Shown: positions 14,501 to 26,563, counted from the first letter of the stretch. The stretch: 64,000 nucleotides of DNA from Lingula anatina (GCA_051362555.1 CM120641.1:868001-932000); one strand, 5' to 3'. Notes: generated by a model not told the origin, from the sequence alone. A program made the numbers and translations.

Positions 14501-17500
14501 GCGTGGTGATAAAATGTGTCGCTAGATCTTGTAAACACTCAGCGAAATGCACCTAGTGACTATATTCGATGTGCCGTCACTTAATTGCTTTCTCGATTTC
14601 ATTAATTGACGATAGTAATTGCAGATAACAAGGAAGAGGAAATGCTGAAGACAAAACAACGTCGGGTCTTTGTGTGACTTTCTCCCTAAACACTTTTTAT
14701 GTTGCTGTCAAAGAAAAAGGAGTCTAGATAGCGATTATTTAAACCACTGCTGCTGCTTTCGCAGGTAGACTTCCTAGTTTATCATTTAAATGCTCTCCTT
14801 CCCCAGCAGACCCAACTTGATGCATGTACGTCTTGGTAGCTATAGTACAGATCTTGGTTCAAGTAATGAAAGGTTTTAACACAAAACGATAATTTGAGGC
14901 TATTTTTTCATTCAAGACAAAATTAAGTATCTATGGTGTGTGACAATAGGGACTTTACAAAGCTTACTTTGTCCTTAAATATATATTCCAGTAGCATAGG
15001 CGAGCGACGTAATTGTAACCTCAACTTGAGGTATCCTCGATGAAAACGGAGTACAAAAATTACCTTTTTTAAATATTGATTACAACATGCTGTACAATGA
15101 TATTGAGACTAAAGGGTTTAATGGATTTCTTTGCCTTAAAAGCAATTCATTTCAAAATTAAAAGAAACAGTTTTTTTGGGGAGCGCGGGTAGACAGTTTA
15201 CGTCAGGTGATTCGTTAAAGTCGAGGAGTGTTTCACTATCAAATGTGTAAATCATATATGTCATAAAACACTATAAGAAAAATTTTTGTTACGATCTGCA
15301 ACATTTGTTCATTTATATAGCAGGGCGAAGTTAAAGCCAGAGGTAAATAGAACCTAATACCGTAATCCTCCTCGTCCATTTATTTAAATCGTATCAAAAC
15401 GTTTGATACACAATGTTCATTAAATTCATAGTTTTGGCGATTTATTAAAACCATATTGGTACATAAAAGTTTAAGATTAGCATAAGTTAAGCAACAACCA
15501 GTATGAAGAACAACACCCTTTTTAAATGAGGCAAGACACCCTCTTCACACTGATTATAACCTTGAGAAAGACATTATGCAACTTAAGGCAAAGGAGTTAT
15601 GCAAAGTTCTTTCAACTCGTGTGTGAATACAACACATTCTTTGTCACTTTTACAAGACAATGGAGGCGAGCAAGTAGAGTAATTACAATATACAATAAAA
15701 AGGACATTAGAATAGAAAGCTTACTTCGGGTCAGCCCTTTGCTTGTTCGAATGAAAGAGATAGATATCGCGCTGCGACTCTCTTTATTAAACCTTCGTGT
15801 ATTTGTGTAAATGTGTGAAAGACCGGCAACGGTCTTTAGTCGCTGTTGATATTGTTCGCGATTAATATTGAAGTATAACTCCTTCGCCTGCATGTAAACG
15901 TGTTACTTTTCCTCATATTCTCTATATTTCTTTTAGGTGGTTGAGACAATGGGATGAGATCGATAAAAGTAAAGGTTAATCTAAACAATTAGATGCGATT
16001 TTTGTGAAATGACTTATTAAGTGATGTGCATATACCTAGCATGTTTAAATTCTTGAATTTCTGATTTGTTAAATCTTTCATACACGGCCTCATATATGTA
16101 TTACTCTCAGGCCTTTGATATTATTGTGTTACACGGGACTCCTGGAAACCTGAAGCACAGGTCTACGGAGTCTTGTTATCCTTCATGCAGTTTTATGGCT
16201 GGGATGAACACTGCGAAGTAGAAACAGGCTTTACTTAGCTTTACTTGATGCACGACAGTTTAAACAAAACCAGTCTGCAAGGCTTGCTTTGATTTGGCAT
16301 TAACCTTACACTGGTTTTAAAAGAACAAATATAAATATGTTCGATGGATTAAATGCCAGCTTCGTTATATTTTAACTAAATGCGTTCATTTGCACAGTTA
16401 CACAGATAATATTTTTAAGTTGTCTGTCGTTCAGCACGCATTATAGGCGAGTAGCTAAATAGTGACGGTGATCAATCCAAGCTCAATCTTGGCAAGTATC
16501 GTTTACAAAATAGATCATGTTGAATAAACTTAATTACGCTTTAATAAATAATCAACACACGGTTCGGTTATTGTCACTTGAAAGCTTTCGATCAAAGACA
16601 TTCAATGAAATCACAAATCATTTGACGATTAAAAAATGGACATGTTCAAGGGGCAGTTTTTGTTTCAGCTAAAGGGACTTCAGGTTCAGGTAGAGGGTTC
16701 AGTTACGTGTTTCATCGGATGATAGCATCACGCCCTAGGTCTAAGCGAGTTGAATAGAAGCTTTTTATCCAAACATCCTATTCCTAACTACTGAGTTAGG
16801 ACAAAGGTCTAGTAACATGCACTGTGCAATTACTATTAATAGATCAGATGCATACTTGATTGTTTTTCCTCTGGTGTCGCACGTATGCATCCTTTCTTGA
16901 GTGATCTAAAACAAGTCGCTAGTGTACCATGTTTCTCACTGTAGCAAAATACTTTCGACATGGTGTTTCTGAACGGCAGCCGGAGACACAGTAATTGTAT
17001 AGGCATGCTTTAAGCTTGTTCGAGAGATAATAACAGTCGGGTTTAACAATAGATAGCGAGCTATAGTAAGACCCCCTCCTCTTTAACTGATGATTTACAC
17101 TTTTAATTGACCGTACTTTCGTATATTGTATGAACATACAGCCAGACTTCCCCCTGTTGCACGTTGTAGTTGGATTGTCATTGCGCCTATGTCAATGCAC
17201 CTCATTTAATTTCAATATTATAATATAAGCATAATATAAGTAATATGTTATTTCCTTATTCCTCTTTCATTATCATTCATGTTTTATAAATACTTGAACG
17301 CTTGAATGCAGATATTTCAGATTAAAACGTAAGTACATAAATAAATTTTACATTTATAAATTAATGCAATAGAAATTTTTTGAGACAGATTGATGCTGAC
17401 GCTCATGCATTTCAACCAAACAAACAATAATTAGTTCAATTTTTGACTGTGGAAATTTCATATAGGATGAAATAACTGATAACAAATTTAACTAGCAGTT

Positions 17501-20500
17501 TGTTAGCAACACTAAAAACCAGCTGCGCGTGCCAAACTAGTAAACAAAAGGACAGTTCGCTTCGCGTGGCACGCCTTAGCATGGGTTTAGCCTCTTCAAG
17601 CTATAATCCTATCGCCGCAACAAACAATAGGGACCTTCTGGCTGATGTATCCTGCTGTTAATTACACTTAGTTACAGCGGATTGTCACGCTCGCACTGGG
17701 CCACAGAAACCGGCGTCATGGGGTTCACTCGTATTAAGTATTGTGTTATTCCACCTAAGCTATTGTGTTTGTGCGTTCAAATTTTGAGGGGATTTATACG
17801 GCCCTCCATTGTTTGTCCGCCCCCTTCTATTCACAAGATAGGGATTAAAACATTTCGAACGTTGTTACACCGGTGTACAACGGAAACAAAATTATTCCGA
17901 CCACTGTACTGCTACATCCTGGAGTTACATACTGAATAGACTCATGCAAGAGTTAATTACTAGTGTAATGTTGCACAAGTGCAAATAACCGGTTTGGCTA
18001 GATGCCGATCTGGCTGGCAAGTTTTCTTGTCTCAATCATCTGCCACATGGAGTGGTCACTTACTTGTTAATTACTGTGCCAGGTATCTCTGTTAAACTGA
18101 TTGCATCTGAAACCTGTTTACCTTGCTTTAGCCTAGTATATCTACACACCTGCATATGCATGCTTAATACAATGAACTATCAGTCTTCAGTATCTGTATA
18201 TATTAAGGAATAAATTGGAATTGATCTAAAATATAAATTTGTAAATAAATGATCTAACATCCCCCCTCCCTGGCAAGTCCTGACCTCAGGACTTCTAAAT
18301 TATTGAATGGTACATCATTAAGTTGTCTGTTTTACACTACCTCCATAATATTCTCTTATGCTTACTGACAACAAATGATCCTTTCCATAGTCTTGTACTA
18401 TCCACAAGCAACTCTACTGTCACTTGTCTTTCTCATATTCATACTTATTTTAATAACTAAACTTCACAATTATAAACTCATATGTTGTAAATAAATGATC
18501 TAACAATATGATAAAAATAACCTTTTTTAGGATATAAAGATATAATTTCATGATATTTTTGTATTTATATAATAAACAGATTAAGGGCACTGTTTTAATA
18601 AGAGTTTGTTTGTGTGTATGTGCTTGTGTGATTTGTACTTATAACATCACATGCAGGAGAATAAGTATTATTTATCTTTCTCTCTTAAGATAAAACTTAA
18701 ATATGTGTTGTATATTATGTCGAGGAAGATTTACAAGCCTAATTTTTATGTTCAGACAAGGTTTCTTCACAATTAGCCACAACGTGTCTGTGGTCACTGC
18801 GGCTCACTTTTCACTGTGAACGCAATAAATGAAAATGAAACTTAGAGGCTTTATATCCTTGAACCAATTGCATTGAGTCATATCACAGATTAAGTACAAA
18901 TTGCAGTTGTATTTGAACATTTTCCTGGAAGTGATTCATATATATTTATATATAAAGCATACGTGTAGTTAACAGAGTGCTCCACTATGCGGAACATTTG
19001 TGCACAATTAAATATAAATAAATAAATAAACACGAGACATGTGTGAACCCAATGATCTATGGGTATGTCTGTGAAACTGAGAGTTGGGGTTCACACAAGT
19101 CTTATATTTATTTATTTATTTTAAATTGTATTTATATATAAGGTCTTTTTTATTTATTTTTTTCAGTATCAGGACAATTCCCCCCCCCCCCCCCCGACTA
19201 TTCCCCCCGGACAATTCCCCCCCGGATAATTCCCCCCCAGGACGATTCCCCCCCCCCCCCCCCCCCCCCCCCCGAAGAATATATATATTAATATACAAAT
19301 ATAAAGTAAAGAATACAAAGTTCAAAGTTCTTTTCATCCATTTTTGAATATTTCTTAGTGTGATGATGCAAATCAAGGATAGATAATATTAATTCTATTA
19401 AACAATTTATTTTCTTGGAGTTCAAGTACATGAAATTTTCGAGATAGAAGTACAGAACATTTTATTAAAAATCTGATCAAAGAATATATATCTCCAGGTA
19501 AAGGAGGGGTAAACAGATGATCTCACTCATCCAGGTAGCCCTTTGATGAATTAACTGTTACTTTTAATTGCTTTATTTCTCCCCCCACCCCCCCCTTGAT
19601 TCAGTAAGTCTTGAATCAAGGTGCATCTCTAGGGAGAGGTGGGGTAAACAGATTTTCTCGCTTATCCAGGTATCCCTGTGACTATTTGTCACTTTTAATT
19701 GCTTGACCACCACCCACCACCCACCACACTAAAATATTTATAAAATATCTGTTTACCTGTTCATCTGTTTACCCCACTTTTACCTGGGGGAGAATTGTCC
19801 TAGAATCATTTTTTTCTTCGACAACATTTTTACTCCAGTGAATAGAGTTTCTTACTTGTGACTGAAAGGTTTCTTGGAATATTTTTGTTATGTTTTCTTT
19901 TTTATGTACAGACACAGATGTGTCTGTACATATTGCCATCACCTGCGTCTGTCGTCGCCGTCTCTGGCGCCGTGCACTTTCCTTGTAAACACGATAAGTG
20001 GAGGGCAGTTTTACTTTTTGGCTTAATATTTACAGAGCTGATGAATATTCATAAAACGCAGGTCAAGTTCGAAAATCAGCATGATTGGGCCATTATTGTA
20101 TAAGTTATGCTGTTTTTTCACTTTTCAGCATATATGCAACCCTGTAAACACATTTTAAGGCAAACCGTTAGGCCTGTTGTCATGAAACTCACAGGAATAA
20201 TCAATCTTACTAAAATGCAGGTCAAGTTGGAAAATCGGCATGATCGGGCCACTATTTTAGTAGTTATGTTGTTTTTTCATTTTTTAGCATATATGCAACA
20301 CCGTAAACACAATATAAGAAAAACAGATGGGCCAATTGTCATTAAACTCACAGGAGTGGTCAATCTTACTAAAACGCAGGTTGACTTCGAAAATCAGCAT
20401 AATCGGGGCATTATTTTAGAAGTTAAGCTGTTTTTTCACATTGCCTCAGATTCAACTCTTAGGCAATGTTAACAGTCTCATTACTGAACTAATAAGATAC

Positions 20501-23500
20501 GTAAAAGTGATTGTTTGACATTTCCTGCATCTTTACAATATTGTTAGTTGATTATGTAAAAATGATGGTAAACTTGTTGGCATGTATTGTGTAATAAAGT
20601 GTCAAAAATGGAAATAAACTCATATCATTGCAGTTTGTCAGATTCAATCATTCACTATGTTCAGAATCTCAGAATGGAGGAAATTGGACATTAAACACTA
20701 TTCTATTGATATTTTTCCCATCTCATCAATTTTCTTAGTTGATCATATAAAAATTGCAGTAAACTGTTTATTTTGTTTTATGTTAAAAAAAGTGTCTGTA
20801 CATATTGCCATCACCTGTGTCTGTCGTCGCCGTCACTGTCGCTGTCGCCGGCGCCGTGCACTTTCATTGTAAACACGATAAGTGGAGGGCAGTTTTACTT
20901 TTTGGCTTAATATTTACAGAGCTGATAAATATTCATAAAACGCAGGTCAAGTTTGAAAATCAGCATGATCGGGCCATTATTGTAGAAGTTATGCTGTTTT
21001 TTCACTTTTCAGCATAAAAACACTGTAAACACATTTTAAGGAATGTACTTTTGCATCAGAATTGACAGTAGCCTATTTTGTGCATAGTTATTTCCTGTTT
21101 TTTGTCTGTACATTTGACAGCTTTGCTGCCTTGTTAATTTTCATTTTTCAAACATTTTCAAGATGTGACTTTTCACTCCTATCCAACTGAAGCTCTGTAC
21201 AAGTAATATTTTATGTATTTCCATATAAGCAAAAATAGTAATGGTGTTTATGCTGTTAAGCATTATGTAGTATTATTTTGTGTACTATCATCATTTTTCA
21301 CATATTGGGATTTTCATTATGTGAATTTGAACTCTCATGGTCCTGAAACTAAATTCTTATTGCCCATGTTACCTGTTAGGCATGATTAAAATTTGGTGTT
21401 GGATGTGCTGTTATAAGCATTATTTATTATTGCAACAGAATTGACATAATGACCTATTTTGTGCACCTTTTTTTCTACTTTTTGTCTGTACATTTTACAG
21501 CTTTGCTGCCTTGTTATTTTATTTTTTTCCCTTGGTTTGATGATTCTCCTTGTAGCACTTCATGGTTTTGTTTGAAAGTTTTAAAAACAACAGAGTTAAG
21601 TACATTTTATCTGGTTTAATTAAAATACTAATAATTCAGAACTATTAACGTGTTCATGTTTTGATATTTCTTTTAGTTAAGATTGCAAGTAGATGTGAAG
21701 TTAAAAAGGCATACAGAAATATATAGGTTGAAATATTTAAACATAAATCCATAATGTATTCTTATTTTATTTTTGTTTTTACTTTATTTTTATCTTCAGA
21801 ACAATCAAGCTTATTGACGGTCATACTATTTTTTACCCATTTTAGCATTATTTACACTGTAACCTGGCAGAACTGTTGAACCACCATGTGTTTTATGATG
21901 AAGGTCATGTTACTGGGGAGGTACTCATAGAACTGGGCAGAGCTGAGACATTTGTGTTGAGATGTACCAGGAACCAACCAGGTGTGTGCTTAGTAATATT
22001 ATAGTTCACTTATAAAAGTTGGCTATGTACTCTACTTTATACAATTATTTTGTATCAGACAGGTGTGACATTGCAGATGATACTGTCTTGTGAGAATTAT
22101 CTTTTTGATCAGTGGATGCAGGTCACATGGCTTGTGGTAATTAATAAGACATTTAAATTTTAACTTATATTAATTATTACAATAATTCTCCAAAAGAGAT
22201 TTGTCATTTTCAGTAAAATCATTCTCTGTGATGTGAATCTGGCTACCTGTAAAATTTTTTTGAGGCTGTTACCAATTAAATTTTGCTAAGATTATTAATC
22301 AATTCCATTTGAGTTTACTGATCAAACTTTTCATCGTAATATGTACCGTGAAAGAAGAGAGTAATTTTAAGCCTTTTTAGCAGAAACAATGCTAGTTTTA
22401 ACCATTGCCAAAAAACATTTAAAACCTCAGCATGTTCCCAGGTACAGACAACAGCAACCTGCCAGCTGAACACGGCTCCACTCTCTACAAGTTCCTTACA
22501 CAACCTGACCATGTGGACCTGGAACATCTGAATTTAGAAACTTTACAGGTAAATTACTGTCTATGTCATACCATGTGGACCTGGAACATCTGATATTAGA
22601 AACTTTACAGGTAAATTACTGTCTATGTCATACCTTGTGGACCTGGAACATCTGAATTTAGAAACTTTACAGGTAAATAACTGTCATAATATGTCATACC
22701 ATGTAGACCTGGAACATCTGAATTTAGAGACTTTACAGGTAAATTACTGTCATAGTATGTCATACCATGTGGACCTGGAACATCTGAATTTAGAGACTTT
22801 ACAGGTAAATTACTGTCATAATATGTCATACTGTCTATGTCATACCATGTGGACCTGGAACATCTGAATTTAGAGACTTCATTTACAGGTAAATTACTGT
22901 CTTTGGCTGTATTCCCAGAGCTTTTAGATCGATCTATCCCCGCGGGGAGTCTCACTAGATTACTGTTAAGTGTCCGTCCCGCCTACTACCCTGTAAGGGG
23001 GTAATTAACTTTCGTGTCTGCCTGGCTGACAGCTATTTAGCGTGAACCTCCAGGGAGTTAGGTCGATCTAAAGTAGATCGATCTTATCTCTGGAAATGGG
23101 GTCTATGTCATACCATATGGACCTGGAACATCTGAATTTAGAAACTTTACAGGTAAATTACTGTCTATGTCATACCATGTGGACCTGGAACATCTGAATT
23201 TAGGGACTTTACAGGTAAAGCAATGTCATAATATGATGTGGACTTTGCACTTCCCAGTTAGAAGACTTTATGGATAAATCATTCTCACAAAATGGCATAT
23301 CATATCAACCAAGGCATATCAATTTGGAGAATTTATTAGTTGGTCATGTCTTGGAATGTTTTTTCCCCAAAAATCTATTGGCAGCATCTTGTGATCACGG
23401 TCTGTGCCCTGAATACCCCGCAGCGTAATTACTGGCAGCGCAAGCAAGTTACTTCCAAAGCTGTAATGAATTCTCGGCTGCGCTCAGAGGAGATCCTGAT

Positions 23501-25020
23501 ACCTTGACGCATGCACAGTAGGAAGTGAGAAAGTAAATGGCAGTCGCAGTTGCTTTGAAAAATGTGTTTGTTGATTTTGTGCAACACCCAGATGAAAAAG
23601 ATGAAGAAGCTATACATACGACAGATATGAGTGCAACTGTCATGATCCGATGGCAAGCGATGCGGCAACAGAGGATGAGATTTTATAGAATGTGAGCTGA
23701 TGCTGCTTTTGTTGTCTTTGCTGATCGTTTCACCTATGTGGTCTCAGGAAAGGTAATGTTTACTATTTTTATCAACAGGGAATGTTTCGACAAGCTTTTA
23801 GATACTACTGCGCATGCCTCAAGGTGTCAGAATCTCCTCCGAGCACAGCCAAGAATTAATTACACCTTTGGATGTAACTCGTTCTTGCTGCCAGTAATTA
23901 CGCCAGTAATTCGTGATCACAAGATACCGCCAATAGATTTTTAGAAAATAGATTTTTCATGTGAACGGTCCCTAAGTACTTTGTAAAGTAAATTCAATGG
24001 GACTGTTTTATGTATACCTGTACATTTTAGGCCTTAATCCATAAATATTTTCATTTTAAATATTTGATATAGAAAGCCATGCGTCACATCCGTAAGTGTC
24101 AGAATGAACTTCAGAAGGCAGTGGTCCATAAACACAATGCCAGACAGGTGGTGGCAGAGCTACAACTGACTGCAGACTTACAGTTGGCAGCTTGTAGGTA
24201 AGGTCTGTGTTCTATACAGCTGGAGATTTAACACAAGTACCCTGACTGCCCTTCAGTCTTGTGATCTAAAAGGCTGTGGTTCACAGTGCAACAGGTCTTG
24301 GCAGAGCTAGATCTTATGGCAGACTGTAAGATGTTTCAAAAATTGTAATGCTGTAATCCATGCCTTTTGTTCACCTGTACAGAGATTTTACATGTCTCTC
24401 TATTACATTAACATGTTTCTCTATTATATTTCACAGAATCGGTCGAGCCCTGGTGAGCGTTGGTCGTAACCCTAACACCCAGTCACCAGGTGGAGCTGGT
24501 TACTCTGTCATCAACCTGGGCATAGCTAACCTCACGCCTACAGCAAAGACTGACCTGGCCAACAGGTAACCGCAATATATGATACTAAAATCCTGACACA
24601 ATTGTACTGAGGGTTTTAGAAAGAGAGAAAAATATTTATTTTCATAATGTCTTCTTGCTTTCTCATTATCAAATATGTATCAAAAAATATTTATTTTCAT
24701 AATGTTTTGTCGTTTAGCTTTCTCATTATTAAATATGTATCCATTTTTGAATACAGTGCCATTATTGTGCCAATTACATATTTTTCTCCCTTGAAATGCC
24801 ATAGAAATCTTGTTTATTGTGAACTAAAGCACATTCCCTGTCTAGACTAACACTGATGAATATTTGTGTACTATTAATTTTCAGACTCCTTGGTATGCTG
24901 GAGCAGTACCGCGTGGTATGGTACATGGGCAACATTCCTCATGGTTTGAATGAATCTCTTAATGTCCTCTCTACTATGCTGAAACAGTACCTTCCTGAGG
25001 AGACCCTCTCTGGTGATTAA
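433..25020 (+). CDS. Multi-exon GH20 (beta-N-acetylhexosaminidase-fold) protein, 5' part outside window; probable pseudoenzyme
   Basis: Hand-spliced GT-AG exons in continuous phase: 433-566, 1387-1552, 2092-2288, 2656-2757, 3081-3203, 3747-3811, 4281-4427, 4751-4955, 5169-5215, 5388-5429, 5697-5883, 21846-21981, 22442-22548, 24073-24197, 24437-24565, 24885-25020 (TAA); about 680 codons. GH20 motifs: LWPRPQ, ESYRISI, GMFYATCTIIQL, IQDWPCFKDRGILLDLS..LKTTVETLAQLKIN, PFYVCPGTSAWNS, GLVVCDWSGVGH, YRVVWYMGNIPHGLNESL. Confidence 0.88.
889..1390 (+). repeat. ~75-90-bp intronic minisatellite (about 6 units plus a partial) related to HINE termini
   Basis: Recurring CATAGTCAGTG.GTGATTTCAGGGTTTGCGT.TGTACATTTGACAGCTTTGCTGCCTTGTTT. 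The last partial unit holds the acceptor of exon 1387. Confidence 0.85.
3340..3515. mobile_element. MITE (~175 bp) with ~55-bp imperfect TIRs, PIF/Harbinger-like ends
   Basis: Left AGGCCCCATTCAGAATAGGGGACTTACTAGTCCGAGGTCAAATA versus the reverse complement of the right end AGACCCAATTAAGAATAGGGGACTAACTAGTCCAAGGGTCAAATA. Confidence 0.7.
5510..5587. repeat. (CT)n(CA)n compound microsatellite; paralogue at ~27417-27500
   Basis: Read directly from the sequence. Confidence 0.95.
6032..7135 (-). mobile_element. 5'-truncated, frameshifted CR1/L2-group non-LTR retrotransposon (RT C-terminal half plus 3' UTR)
   Basis: ORF 6766-7086 has GVPQGTKLGPLLF and KYVDDTT; ORF 6323-6697 has RLYFL, RPTLEYACQLW and LENIQKRAL. 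3' end AATAAACCTTTATTATT near 6032-6048. Confidence 0.85.
7205..7710 (-). mobile_element. Degenerate 3' fragment of an RTEX-like LINE
   Basis: Minus strand reads DLAIEKG..YTNPK..ERKCKACNCIEDEKHFPTECTRY, the same C-terminal CCHC motif as the 56.4-58.8 kb element, with stops. Ends in AATAAAC(TTA)n. Confidence 0.7.
7881..9833 (-). CDS. Intronless TRIM-NHL E3 ubiquitin ligase (RING, B-box1, B-box2, coiled coil, NHL/beta-propeller), copy 1, 650 aa; TRIM2/3/56/71-like
   Basis: C3HC4 RING CPLC..LPCRHTFCKCC..CHAC; B-box1 CSFC..CIICHDYLCEKC..H..H; B-box2 CPKH..FCSDCNDPICRDC..HDGH; NHL repeats PTGI, PWGV, GVCVDAYDNILVTD..NHCI, PWGCTI. Nested antisense in GH20 intron 5884-21845. Confidence 0.93.
   Translation of the reverse strand: MATAHVSRDVEENLQVKIPEHFVSCPLCLEEYKDPTDLPCRHTFCKCCLKDYIPDLTPGSKFQCHACQEETEVPKDGLEGFSNNFFIESLQDTVLQSPHMQKCSFCVLSFNTETVATSKCIICHDYLCEKCSPLHCGTKFTKDHKVFTFQQMQSKEYQKEIQEQQKIFCPKHKDERIRYFCSDCNDPICRDCRDLHHDGHKLISLEKAAEIVKPKLQTKSLGMQRKLATGERKLTKIDKTLANLQENESCVQQQIKARAAHLRQLVDQQEKTLLQELHQTTSTNRNNLQISHKNCSAICSSIKTTTEIVKNILQHGAPIDVLMLQHQLGQRLDELQSTSAVEEMPEEISFTFSTNTEVDQEISSGAGLGNVQTSRQPALPKFKPKAECMLQFDTGKATVDISVSPNREYVTTHITDNEVKLFSSDGTFMKKINSVSDTQLKCPTGICHFPDGRMVLSDTHNNKLFILSPQWEVQQTVVVNCPWGVALNNSCTKIAVAQVGGEKSVNVFSIDIQGKITLTDVIKDKDGKQLFNVPCEVAYMSNGCLVVSDTTPKKLHIITPSGDPLYQYTGPDNKLGTSYGVCVDAYDNILVTDNDNHCIHLVSPDGKFIQYIATRADGLQYPWGCTINQDGHLAVTECGGKVKVFRYLEK
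11234..14487. mobile_element. Non-autonomous Tc1/mariner-type DNA transposon, ~3.25 kb, TA-flanked
   Basis: TA-CGGTAAAGTGCCATGAATTTCGAAC ... GTTCGAAATTCATGGCACATTACCG-TA (25-bp TIR, 1 mismatch). Subterminal GAATTTCG repeats at both ends; no transposase ORF seen. Confidence 0.8.
17950..18505 (-). mobile_element. LTR retrotransposon remnant (Gypsy-like): LTR start x2, PPT and degenerate integrase tail
   Basis: On the minus strand TGTTAGATCATTTATTTACAA starts at 18505 and again at 18259. The second copy is immediately preceded by the polypurine tract AGGGAGGGGGGA; the intervening sequence reads a WKGSFVV (GPY/F-like) remnant. The left boundary is approximate. Confidence 0.55.
19167..19808. mobile_element. 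MITE with GGACAATTCCCCC subterminal repeats
   Basis: Left end has four to five GGA(C/T)(A/G)ATTCCCCCC-like units; right end GGGGGAGAATTGTCC is the inverted copy. Absent from the paralogous site at ~47150. Confidence 0.65.
19899..21515 (+). mobile_element. HINE / non-autonomous Helentron-like element (composite)
   Basis: T-run, then the hairpin TATGTACAGACACA-GA-TGTGTCTGTACATA, a (GTC/GCC)n microsatellite, ~170-bp internal tandem repeats, and termini GTCTGTACATTTGACAGCTTTGCTGCCTTGTT at ~21135 and ~21515. Empty T-run site at ~47265. Other copies at ~5918-6030, ~27810-28130 and 34981-37269. Confidence 0.65.
22508..23220 (+). repeat. 62-66-bp minisatellite x8 made of an exon 3' end plus 5' splice donor
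   Basis: Unit ACCATGTGGACCTGGAACATCTGAATTTAGAAACTTTACAG|GTAAATTACTGTCTATGTCAT. Donors follow positions 22548, 22610, 22672, 22738, 22804, 22888, 23152 and 23214. The paralogue at 47961-48068 has only two units. Confidence 0.95.
22905..23103. mobile_element. ~200-bp MITE inserted in the donor minisatellite
   Basis: Imperfect TIRs GGCTGTATTCCCAGAG..AGATCGATCTA and TAGATCGATCT..CTCTGGAAATGGGGTC interrupt a CTGTC/TATGTCAT unit. Confidence 0.7.
23372..23939. mobile_element. ~570-bp MITE with ~150-bp TIRs
   Basis: AATCTATTGGCAGCATCTTGTGATCACG..GCGTAATTACTGGCAGC..GCATGCACAGTAG is inverted at 23805-23939 (..CGTGATCACAAGATACCGCCAATAGATT). Absent from the paralogous intron at 48.07-48.3 kb. Confidence 0.8.
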
Positions 25021-26177
25021 CTGGAAGACAGGAACTCCCCTGCATCAAGTCTGAAGGAGCGATCAAACCAAAACAGCTCTATTTACCTATTTATTTGAAC
25101 TGGGTGGTTTACTAGTGCGTTGACTTGAAGCACAGGTCTTACTTTTGTAATGGGAATCTGGTTCCCTTTCATTACATAGATATTCTTACAGAGATTCTTT
25201 ATGTGGGTTTATCACTCTCACTTTGAATAATATGGCAGCATAAGGAAATGGCAGCTTTATAAATGAAAATAGAAAGATGGGAGCCAGAAACAGTATGCAG
25301 AGTAAAACAGAAGGCTTCATTTATCATATGATATTGACTGATTTGATTTTGTTAGTTACTGTAATTTGATAATTTGGGTTCAGGCGCTTGGGGATTGATT
25401 GGAATTCTAGCACTTTACTCGAACAAAGGGGGTTTTGATGTTAAAATGTGGGTATAAACAATATGGTGTAAACAGTGGCATTGTTAAAATGCCAGTGGGA
25501 GGGACCATAAGTGTAAGGGAATTTTTAAAGGGAGTTGATTTTATATTCTCTAATTATCTGTCATTCAGAAGATGTGATATATAAATATATATGCTTGGGG
25601 ATAAATGTTAAATTGAGAACTTTAAAGCCTTTTTCAGAAGTAATTAGTGGTATACAATTGATTTGTTACATATTGAAAAGATGAATTTATCAATAATATG
25701 TATACATGGTATAAATAAATAAATATTTATCTGATGGAGAAATTGGATGTTATTCCATTTATTTTTGATGGTCTTTATACATGTATGCTTTTCTCATTAC
25801 TTTACTAATAAAATCTAAGTAAAAGAAATGAGAGATATGGTCAATGAATTAACAGAAATCCATCATGTGTAGTCACTGGAGTTGGTGCCACGTGAGCAAT
25901 AAATAAATAATGAGGAATTTTAAAATAGTCTACTTCGGATGTGCAATTTACTTCAACACAGTTTCATTTTTTATTTTTATTTTTTCTTGCAAACAAAACT
26001 AGATATATATTTTATAAAATTAATTTTAAGGAATTAATTTTTCTTGCCTAGTACGCGATGTGATAGTGATGATTCTCAGCAGGGTTGGAAAGTATACATA
26101 GTGCATCTCATCTCAAAATTTGGTCCGGGGTATGATACGTACTGTGAAATGCGTACTGACACACACCTTGAAAATCA

Positions 26178-26300
26178 TACAGGACCTACAGTGTGTCCAG
26201 TGTCAGGTGAACAGGAGACTTCCAGAGAGATGAAAGTTATAGGATTTCTATCAGCAGCTGTAAAAGGGTAATGGTGTTACCATTGTCCAGTATTGATAAT
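26178..26300 (+). pseudogene. Frameshifted fragment of GH20 exon 2092-2288 marking the start of the segmental duplication
   Basis: CATACAGGACCTACAGTGTGTCCAGTGTCAGGTGAACAGGAGAC matches 2199-2242. It has a small deletion and no acceptor; the exons between 2656 and 4955 are missing from this copy. Confidence 0.85.
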
Positions 26301-26563
26301 TGCAGTGCATTTTACAATAATTTCCAATAGGTAAATTCATTGTTTATTTCCATTTATTATATTACTGTGACACTAAAAATTACCAAGGGATTTTTATAGC
26401 CAAGAAACTTGTTGGTGCTCCTCTTTTCGTTTTAGTCTGGCATTACGTTGTGTATATTCTGGATATTATAATTACAATTCCATAAATCTATTGCATTAAA
26501 ATTTGTGGCATTAGTTTTTCAAATGGAACATACGTTGGTCTTGTCTTAAATGCCATGGTTTTT

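Larger units (their letters stand above)
10133..18505. mobile_element. ~8.4-kb composite insertion upstream of TRIM copy 1
   Basis: Flanks AAATACAAC and ATATGATAAAAATAA are only a few bp apart in the paralogous region at ~46660-46690. Contains degenerate inverted repeats (~10360-10580 versus ~17465-17640), a nested TIR element and an LTR remnant. Confidence 0.65.

Noticed and set aside
22508-23220. CRISPR-like appearance, and the repeat ORFs 22623-22955 and 22625-22867
   Set aside because: Head-to-tail units without unique spacers, no cas genes and a eukaryotic context; the ORFs are translations of the minisatellite.
433-25020. Bacterial contamination or recent horizontal transfer of the GH20 gene
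   Set aside because: Sixteen spliceosomal exons embedded in animal repeats; ancient origin cannot be judged without a phylogeny.
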